A stretch of DNA of 40,000 nt from contig NZ_FNBG01000003.1 of assembly GCF_900102215.1 (NCBI RefSeq), positions 206,397-246,396 of the forward strand, given 5' to 3'. The translations under genes and the position numbers were made by a program. A model generated the notes under the pieces. It made no database searches, had not been told where the DNA came from, and saw only the letters and a list, made by a program, of their open reading frames with translations. Below, piece after piece: positions 18,271 through 24,521 of the stretch; the first letter of the stretch is position 1, and every line of letters begins with the position of its first letter. The stretch comes from Fontibacillus panacisegetis. Its GTDB lineage: Bacteria > Bacillota > Bacilli > Paenibacillales > Paenibacillaceae.

Positions 18271-18295
18271 TAAAAAAAGAAGCCTTCAGGCTTCT
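18271..18295 (-). terminator. Rho-independent terminator overlapping the stop codon of the 262-aa gene
   Basis: Minus strand: AGAAGCC-TGAA-GGCTTCT followed by TTTTTTTATATTTTTT. The TGA stop sits in the loop. Confidence 0.75.
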
Positions 18296-19074
18296 TTTAT
18301 CCATTGTCTCCATATTTCATATATTAATCCGCGCTGTTCATCATTAAATTTGAAGCGACCATTATTTACATTTAAGACAGGATTATCTCTGTCAAAGAAG
18401 TTTCCAGTCCAATTTTCATAATGAAATTTCTTTAATAACAATGGACGCGGCAAAATTTGTGAACCAGTAATCCATTGTTCAATGAAATATCTAATATAGC
18501 AATACCACGCTATAGAGGAATCAGCAATAGATTTTTTTCGGAACTGTTTCCTTTGTACCACAGAAAGGTATCCTAATTCAGAGTAATCATTCATTAAAGA
18601 ATCAACGTACTTGATTAAATCTTTGGTTAATTGAGGATATAAACTACGCTCAATTCGATAGTTTAGAAAATCTTCAAAAATATCATGCAACGATCTGATG
18701 GTCATTAGTTTAGTGGAGTTACTACTTATCTTTTCTCCCCTCTCTATTAACCGTTCAAAACGTTGATAAGACAATAATTGATGAACACAGTAACTTGGAA
18801 ACTGTTGTACTTCAGATACAATTAGAACAACATACTCATCATTCTTACTACCATTGGGCAATTTGTATGTAAATTGTGGGTTTTTCACTTGTAATTTGTT
18901 ATCAATTAAACTCACGACAGTATCATAATTGACTAAAATGACGTCTTCGCCAACTACATCAGACTGAACTACTGGAAATCCCCAATCTTTGATCTGACCT
19001 AGGGGCAAGACAGTAAAATAAACTTTATTGTTCTTTCTCGTTAAATTGCTTATGTTCTCAAAAGTAAAAAACAT
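18286..19074 (-). CDS. Hypothetical protein (262 aa)
   Basis: ATG 19074 is preceded by GGGGGAA. The N-terminal ~100 aa look beta-rich and the C-terminal half looks helical. No motif recognised. Confidence 0.65.
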   Translation of the reverse strand: MFFTFENISNLTRKNNKVYFTVLPLGQIKDWGFPVVQSDVVGEDVILVNYDTVVSLIDNKLQVKNPQFTYKLPNGSKNDEYVVLIVSEVQQFPSYCVHQLLSYQRFERLIERGEKISSNSTKLMTIRSLHDIFEDFLNYRIERSLYPQLTKDLIKYVDSLMNDYSELGYLSVVQRKQFRKKSIADSSIAWYCYIRYFIEQWITGSQILPRPLLLKKFHYENWTGNFFDRDNPVLNVNNGRFKFNDEQRGLIYEIWRQWIKEA

Positions 19075-19088
19075 GGAATTTCCCCCAA

Positions 19089-19129
19089 CGCAAATATGCC
19101 TTAGTGTACCACACTAAGGCATATTTGCG
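19089..19129 (-). repeat. Perfect 19-bp-stem inverted repeat between the 683-aa and 262-aa genes
   Basis: CGCAAATATGCCTTAGTGT-ACC-ACACTAAGGCATATTTGCG fills almost the whole 57-nt intercistronic gap. No T-tract follows it on the coding strand. Confidence 0.9.
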
Positions 19130-19131
19130 CA

Positions 19132-21183
19132 CTATTTATTCCACCGCTTCTTTAATTCCTGAATTTGACTATAATATACATGTGTATTATGGAAGCCTCT
19201 TCGTCTGTTCCTATTGTTACCCCTGAATACTATGACATCAATTCCAATTTCCCTACATATATTACAACCACATTGTTCCCATGGTCTTTCAGATAAAACC
19301 TCTCTATACATGTCCTCATGAACTTCACGCTTTTCACCAAGTATTTTGTCATACTCCAGTATAGCTTCAAGTGTCGAATCTAACTCTCTTGTCCCTGCGC
19401 TGAACTCTCTAAGAGCGCCCAAAGCCTCTTGTTCAAGTCTTCTATATTCCGCAAACTCTATTTCATCACTATTTTGCAACATTTTTTTCACTCGACCAGA
19501 TGTTTCTTTGGCTTCTGGAATTCTAATCGCTGTATAATGTTTTCCATTTAAAGAGTGGTAATTATGCCCTGTTCCTAACCATGCTCTTCTCAATGGTGAA
19601 GAAGAGTCAAATGATGTCACGCCCAACTTATGGAATGACTCCATTGTTCTCACATCTCGTGCAACACCAAATAAGTGCATTCGAAACGTAGGGCTTGGAA
19701 TAATAGGCGCTATTTCTTTTAAAATTTCATATATTTTTTCAGATTGTTCTCTGGCTAAACCACCTAGGGCAACATAATCGTAACCTAACCCAATAAGATG
19801 CGCAACCGCTCTTCGGAAAGAAGGCGGGTCCCACCCTTGAACTATACCTATCGGATGGAACTGATAGTTCATTATTTCTTTTCTTTCTCTATACATGTGT
19901 AAAAATTCTTCCGCCATCGTAAGGGTTAATTCATAACGCTGATTTCGAATGTTTTCATCTTTTTGAAAGGGTCCGACTATCAGATGATCAATAGATACAC
20001 CATAATCTAAACCTAAAGTATGATAGTAATCCATAATTTCTTCGGTCGTATACGGTGGTACATCTTTATCAATATAACTAAAAGCACCGCAATCACCCAT
20101 AATAGGATACTCTCTAGGTAGTTTATAAAAATCGTGCAAACCCATTTCTTCAATCATCTGATTTTTTTGTTTGGTGGCACTATCAATGTTTACTTTAGAG
20201 ACAAGTAACCCATCAAACTGTGGTCTATCGAATATCTGGTGAGCATACACATCATTTTCTAATGGATTTCTATTTTTTTCTGAGAAATCAGTCATAAAAT
20301 CATAATTAGGATCTACCCTATCATCATTCTCTGGAAGGTAAAATCTTGGTTCCTCAATGCAATTTATAGCGACCAACTCATCCGGTACAGGGAACATTTC
20401 ACTAAAGAACTTTAATAAATTTCCACTATCCGATGTTTCATTAAATAACTCAAGTTGTTTAGTTGAAGCAATCGAATCTAAAATAAATGATCTAATTTGA
20501 TCAGGATGATGTATTATTGTGCTCCATTTCTGATCAATATCAGTTGTAATAATATTTCTTAATAAATGTGCAAAAAGATAACCTTTAATTCCGATCAATC
20601 CATATTTAAAGGTTTTAGCTTCTTTTTCACCAATAGTTAATACATGATAATCATCCCAATTTAAAATTCTAGCACGACTAGATGCTCCAGCAAAAAAGAT
20701 AACCTTTTGATTTTTATCCAGATTCAGTGGCCACTCCACAGCTTGTAAATATTTATCTCCGAGCAAGAAAAAAATAAGATCATATTCTGCAATTTTTGTT
20801 TGTAGTACCTGCGTAATTTTGAGTTCTCGCGCCCATCTTTTTATAGACCGTGAGTCCATCGTGTTAAAAGTTACTTCATAAGGCACAATTTGCTCATCTT
20901 CATTCAAAAGGCCATAACCCGCTGAAATAATGCAAAGATCAATGTCCCCTCCTTGCTGACGATATTCTTTAATACCATTCATTAGCGCAAGATGTTGACT
21001 ACCGGTGTACATTTCATCAGCACGTTCTTTAAATTCCAATAATTCTTCTTCTCTTCTTCTCAAGACTTCTTTATTTTTAAAATCGTCAAATACAAGTTGA
21101 TTTATAGGTTTGTGTAACTTCTCTCCAGTACAAGAAGTCACAACAAGAATACGGTTTGACAAAAACATCCCATCCTTTAACAC
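19132..21183 (-). CDS. Fusion protein: N-terminal YaaA/DUF6884-like domain plus C-terminal TGT/DpdA-like transglycosylase (683 aa)
   Basis: C-terminal half: MGDCGAFSY, GIVQGWD, ALGGLA, HLFGVA, SFDSSSPLRR, and the zinc site CGCNIC...22 aa...HNTH. N-terminal ~230 aa: VVTSCTGEK, EMYTGSQH, IISAGYGLLNEDEQIVPYEVTF. The last resembles the YaaA motif SGLYGVLRP...PYRLEM and the SA.YGL motif of DUF6884. ATG 21168 is an alternative start. Confidence 0.8.
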   Translation of the reverse strand: MLKDGMFLSNRILVVTSCTGEKLHKPINQLVFDDFKNKEVLRRREEELLEFKERADEMYTGSQHLALMNGIKEYRQQGGDIDLCIISAGYGLLNEDEQIVPYEVTFNTMDSRSIKRWARELKITQVLQTKIAEYDLIFFLLGDKYLQAVEWPLNLDKNQKVIFFAGASSRARILNWDDYHVLTIGEKEAKTFKYGLIGIKGYLFAHLLRNIITTDIDQKWSTIIHHPDQIRSFILDSIASTKQLELFNETSDSGNLLKFFSEMFPVPDELVAINCIEEPRFYLPENDDRVDPNYDFMTDFSEKNRNPLENDVYAHQIFDRPQFDGLLVSKVNIDSATKQKNQMIEEMGLHDFYKLPREYPIMGDCGAFSYIDKDVPPYTTEEIMDYYHTLGLDYGVSIDHLIVGPFQKDENIRNQRYELTLTMAEEFLHMYRERKEIMNYQFHPIGIVQGWDPPSFRRAVAHLIGLGYDYVALGGLAREQSEKIYEILKEIAPIIPSPTFRMHLFGVARDVRTMESFHKLGVTSFDSSSPLRRAWLGTGHNYHSLNGKHYTAIRIPEAKETSGRVKKMLQNSDEIEFAEYRRLEQEALGALREFSAGTRELDSTLEAILEYDKILGEKREVHEDMYREVLSERPWEQCGCNICREIGIDVIVFRGNNRNRRRGFHNTHVYYSQIQELKKRWNK

Positions 21184-21190
21184 AATATAA

Positions 21191-21212
21191 AATAGGGCGA
21201 GAACGCCCTATT
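21191..21212 (-). terminator. Hairpin (terminator or attenuator) between the transporter and the 683-aa gene
   Basis: Minus strand: AATAGGGCG-TTCT-CGCCCTATT followed by TTATATTG. It begins 2 nt after the transporter stop and ends about 8-20 nt before the next start. Confidence 0.55.
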
Positions 21213-21213
21213 T

Positions 21214-21759
21214 TCAAACAACTTTTGCTTGTTTAAAGAAAATTCGTTTAACAATAATTGCAGCAACTAATTGAACTAATGTCTTAACAATAATTTGGCC
21301 AACGATAGCTAAAAACACAGCATTCCACGGAAGAATATTAGCCCCCAACGGTGATAAACCAATAACAACGAAAATAATACTATCTAAGATTCCACCAACA
21401 ATTCCACTATACGCTACCCTTAGATGAAAAGGTAATTTAAGACGGGAATAGATTTCTGTATCTGTGGTCTCAGATACTGCAAATGTAATAATTGATGCAA
21501 AAACAATCCAAAGTGTATCTCCCAGTAAAAGCGATGTTAATGCTGATAAAATCATTGCTAATAAAATAAGCAAATAGGTCCTGCGTCGACCAATGAAATT
21601 TTGAACAAAATCACGGAAAATAAATGTTGCCCCAATTATAAAAGTCCCTGCCGGAACAATGAAGGGACCGATAAAAAATGGGGGTACTCCTGCTGTTACA
21701 ACATTTGATGAAACGATAGCCAGTAAATAAGCTACGATGGTTAAATATTTAATTTTACA
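21214..21759 (-). CDS. YhhQ/VUT-family queuosine-precursor (preQ0/preQ1) transporter; no canonical start codon
   Basis: The frame is open from 21759: (C)KIKYLTIVAYLLAIVSSNVVTAG...FIFRDFVQNF...VSETTDTEIYSRL...GGILDSIIFVVIG, which are DUF165/YhhQ-type motifs on a multi-TM protein. The track only reports the C-terminal 119 aa because no ATG/GTG/TTG occurs between 21759 and 21573. Confidence 0.7.
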   Translation of the reverse strand, partial: CKIKYLTIVAYLLAIVSSNVVTAGVPPFFIGPFIVPAGTFIIGATFIFRDFVQNFIGRRRTYLLILLAMILSALTSLLLGDTLWIVFASIITFAVSETTDTEIYSRLKLPFHLRVAYSGIVGGILDSIIFVVIGLSPLGANILPWNAVFLAIVGQIIVKTLVQLVAAIIVKRIFFKQAKVV

Positions 21760-21786
21760 TCACCTCTTCAATTTGATCCATCACCA

Positions 21787-21795
21787 ATTATAACA
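21787..21795 (-). promoter_or_regulatory. Extended -10 (TGTTATAAT) upstream of the transporter gene
   Basis: The minus strand reads GTGGTGTTATAATTGG about 20 nt upstream of the GAGGTG RBS. There is no good -35. Confidence 0.35.
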
Positions 21796-21937
21796 CCACT
21801 TTTGATTCCGACCTACCCTCGCTAAACTAAATCATACTACAAATTTCGACTCAGTTTGCTAAGAAATATTTATTAAGGGAGGTATTTTTTACTTTAAGTC
21901 GAATAATTAAATGAGAGATTAAACTTTTATAGATTGG

Positions 21938-22366
21938 TTGAAGATGGAGGTTATTTTTTTGAATAATTATGGAAAATCTGCTATTCGAGCAGTAGAACTC
22001 ATTCAATCCGGTGAAGTTCCTTATACGGAAGATGCCTGGAAAAAAGCGACCACAGAATTTTTCACAATTAAAACCAAGGCATGTCCCAGAAGTGCTTTTT
22101 TGGGGCTTTGCGAAGCAGGCTTAATAAAAGATGTTCATCAGATACATATCAAACAGCCTCTCAAAAATACAATTAACAAAGATCATGCGATTGAAGCTGT
22201 TCAACTGCTCACAGAAAATGAAGATTACGCTTCATACAAATCGCTTCAGTTGTGGAGGATTATTATGCTAGGAAATCAAAAGTCACATAATTTCCAAATG
22301 GACGTAGTACTGGCACTATGGAACAATGGCATGATTTCTCCCGCTAAAACTTATATTATGGCTTAA
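21938..22366 (+). CDS. Hypothetical protein (142 aa or shorter)
   Basis: Sequence ...NNYGKSAIRAVELIQSGEVPYTEDAWKKATTEFF...CPRSAFLGLCEAGLIKD. It is divergent from the island and its start is uncertain. Confidence 0.5.
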   Translation: MKMEVIFLNNYGKSAIRAVELIQSGEVPYTEDAWKKATTEFFTIKTKACPRSAFLGLCEAGLIKDVHQIHIKQPLKNTINKDHAIEAVQLLTENEDYASYKSLQLWRIIMLGNQKSHNFQMDVVLALWNNGMISPAKTYIMA

Positions 22367-22951
22367 TCTTCATAAAAAAATAAATGCACAATCCAGACTG
22401 AGGTATTCCCGGTCAAGTAGACAGTGCAAAAATAAAAAAAAGTGCCAGAATAGCTCGATCTGCCTATAATCAATGGTTAAATGGAAGCCATAGCCCCTAC
22501 TCACATTGTGAAGCGGTAGCCCGGTAAAATTTTTGCCGGGCTGGCTACTTAGTTTCATTTTATAAATTCGATAATCATGCATCTCTTGCGAAAGCAATTG
22601 GTCTGAATCGGAAACACTATGCTCGAAACTAAATACGCATACCATTGCGTCATCAGCGGCCTGCTCATTACATATCTGTTGATCCGTCTTTCAATACAAG
22701 GTGGGCTTGGTCAAAGCATTAAAAAGTATAAGTAATTTCCGCCTACTTGCTCACAATTAGGTTGGGCCGCGTTTTTTAAAATGGTTTTTCTGTGCTTTAA
22801 CCTATACGTTTAACAAGAAGGAGAATTGTTAAATAAATGGATTGGCTTCAGATTTCAAAGATCGGGCCACACTCACACTGTTGATTCGATTATAAATGCT
22901 TCCCATTATTATTTCTAAATACGAGTTAAACTTTTATTTTATAACTTCTTA

Positions 22952-23230
22952 TTAAAATGGCCTTGAAGCCCTCCGATACATAACCTGCTTATCCCCATCA
23001 AACAAATTCCGATAAACCACCTGCCCACGGCTTGAGAAGGCATCGACTACCTTGCCATTCCCTGCATAGATTCCTACATGTGTTATATCCATAAAACAAC
23101 CATTTCGTTCATAGCTCCAAAAAACCAAATCACCCGGTGCTAAAATCTCATATTGAATTGCAAGACTATTATCTACAATATAAGGTGGCTGTTCTGCCGC
23201 TGTATGTAAGACAAGGGAAGTGACTTCCAA
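22952..23230 (-). pseudogene. NlpC/P60 (C40) peptidase C-terminal fragment
   Basis: PGDLVFW...DITHVGIYAGNGKVVDA is the His-containing half of NlpC/P60. The N-terminal catalytic Cys segment and any signal peptide are missing, and there is no RBS. Confidence 0.6.
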
Positions 23231-23282
23231 AAGTACTCACTCTTATTTATAACGAAATATCAATTCCACAGATCCCCCCTGA

Positions 23283-23564
23283 TTATATACAATCCACTGC
23301 ACCAGCTTCTTCAACGCCCCATTCTTCTCTTAACTTGTCACCGCTCACTGCAATGCTCCACAACTCCCTAAACCGACCTGCCCGTTCATATATCTGCTCA
23401 ATAGTCGGATAATTTCCTTCATCTAATATAACTTTCCGCAAATCCTTCAACTCTTCCTCCTGCTTCTTTATCTGTCTAGACCGAATAGCTTTATACTCCA
23501 AAAATACCTGCTTCGTTAGCATGTCCTCTTCATATAACTCATGCAACTTGTCTAACGTTATCAA
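23283..23564 (-). CDS. Hypothetical protein (93 aa, TTG start)
   Basis: Charged helical ORF. No motif recognised. Confidence 0.4.
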   Translation of the reverse strand: MITLDKLHELYEEDMLTKQVFLEYKAIRSRQIKKQEEELKDLRKVILDEGNYPTIEQIYERAGRFRELWSIAVSGDKLREEWGVEEAGAVDCI

Positions 23565-23762
23565 TCATGCTTAACACCCGTATACCATTTCTTCTGCTTG
23601 AATAGTAACTATTTTGCTATGTATCTTCATTTCTACTCAGCTAAGATTTACTCGCTTATTCGAATAGATTTAATTTCCCACATTCATATATTGAAGCTAC
23701 CTATTAGGCTATAAAGAAAAGCCTACCTAAAGATCAGACTTTACTTCAACTTATCCATTTGA

Positions 23763-24038
23763 TCAATCCTTCCCACCAAACACCTCCCCCATCATCAAAG
23801 CCCCCATCTTAAACCCATAAATAAAAGCTTCTGTCGAATGCATTGAGCATGATTCCCCAGTTAAATCAAACGTTTCTTCAAGAAGCTTGAAGTCATTTTC
23901 AGAAAGGATATTTTTGAAATACTCCTTGGAGATAGATATTTTCTTATTAAGTGCTCGGTACTCAGGATTTTTAGGCACAATAACTTCTTCAGGTCGAATT
24001 TCTCCAAAATACAGTTGTTCTAATATACTGTTGCTCAT
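23763..24038 (-). CDS. Small hypothetical protein divergent from the XRE regulator
   Basis: MSNSILEQLYFGEIRPEE... (91 aa) with AGGGGAAT upstream. It shares the operator-rich intergenic region with the XRE gene. Confidence 0.55.
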   Translation of the reverse strand: MSNSILEQLYFGEIRPEEVIVPKNPEYRALNKKISISKEYFKNILSENDFKLLEETFDLTGESCSMHSTEAFIYGFKMGALMMGEVFGGKD

Positions 24039-24076
24039 TACCTAATTCCCCTTTGTAATTTCGTTACTGAATATTT

Positions 24077-24129
24077 TAGCGATATTTTCGCTAAAATTCA
24101 ATAGCGAATAATTCGCTAGGATATCCTAG
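24077..24129. promoter_or_regulatory. Operator cluster in the divergent XRE intergenic region
   Basis: O1 is TAGCGA-TATTT-TCGCTA (24077-24093). O2 is TAGCGA-ATAAT-TCGCTA (24102-24118). They share half-sites and a 5-nt spacer, with centres 25 bp apart. A third palindrome CTAGGAT-ATCCTAG (24116-24129) overlaps O2. Confidence 0.6.
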
Positions 24130-24146
24130 TAACGGAGGTGTCAGGT

Positions 24147-24365
24147 ATGTACGAAAGAATCAGAAATTTACGTGAGGATAAGGATTTGACGCAGACACAG
24201 ATTGCTGCACATCTAAACTGTAGTCAACGGATATACAGCAATTACGAACGGGGTGATGTTGATATTCCTACTACGATTTTGATTAAGCTAGCCGACTTTC
24301 ACAATACCAGCACAGATTACCTTTTGAATAGAACAAACGTTAAAAAGCCCTACCCCAGCGACTAA
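24147..24365 (+). CDS. XRE-family helix-turn-helix regulator
   Basis: MYERIRNLREDKDLTQTQIAAHLNCSQRIYSNYERGDVDIPTTILIKLADFHNTSTDYLL. ATG 24147 lies 6 nt after GGAGGTG. Confidence 0.88.
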   Translation: MYERIRNLREDKDLTQTQIAAHLNCSQRIYSNYERGDVDIPTTILIKLADFHNTSTDYLLNRTNVKKPYPSD

Positions 24366-24398
24366 ACAAATTAAACAAAACCTAATCACCAAAATGGG

Positions 24399-24426
24399 TT
24401 GACTTTTCATCTTTCCATTATATAAT
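24399..24426 (+). promoter_or_regulatory. Sigma-A-type promoter for the YdjC-family gene
   Basis: TTGACT (24399-24404), a 16-nt spacer, then TATAAT (24421-24426). Confidence 0.55.
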
Positions 24427-24455
24427 CTCAATAAATAACTTCAGACAATATTCAG

Positions 24456-24494
24456 GGACGTAAATTACGACATTCGTAATCTGCGTCCTTTTAT
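24456..24494 (+). promoter_or_regulatory. Leader hairpin followed by a T-run (possible attenuator or operator)
   Basis: GGACG-TAA-ATTACGA-CAT-TCGTAAT-CTG-CGTCC followed by TTTTAT. It lies between the promoter and the RBS of the 24522 gene. Confidence 0.35.
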
Positions 24495-24521
24495 GTTGTC
24501 TTGAACATGGGAGGTTTACCA

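Noticed and set aside
11395-21183. Type IV CBASS (QueC-like Cap9 / TGT-like Cap10 ancillary genes)
   Set aside because: No CD-NTase (GS...DxD nucleotidyltransferase) or CBASS effector is present. Genuine-looking QueD and QueE are present alongside a QueC that has its full PP-loop and Zn site. This indicates real preQ0 synthesis.
21761-21937. preQ1 riboswitch upstream of the YhhQ-type transporter (and upstream of the que genes at 13298-13351)
   Set aside because: YhhQ and que genes are often riboswitch-controlled, so I read both leaders. The 5' UTR after the TGTTATAAT -10 is only about 20 nt. Neither region shows the preQ1-I type hairpin followed by an A-rich tail. A covariance-model scan would be needed to be certain.
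22370-22645. Track ORF 22370..22645 (-), 91 aa
   Set aside because: It has no RBS and a Cys/His/Phe-rich, nonsense-like sequence, and it lies in the decayed flank region.
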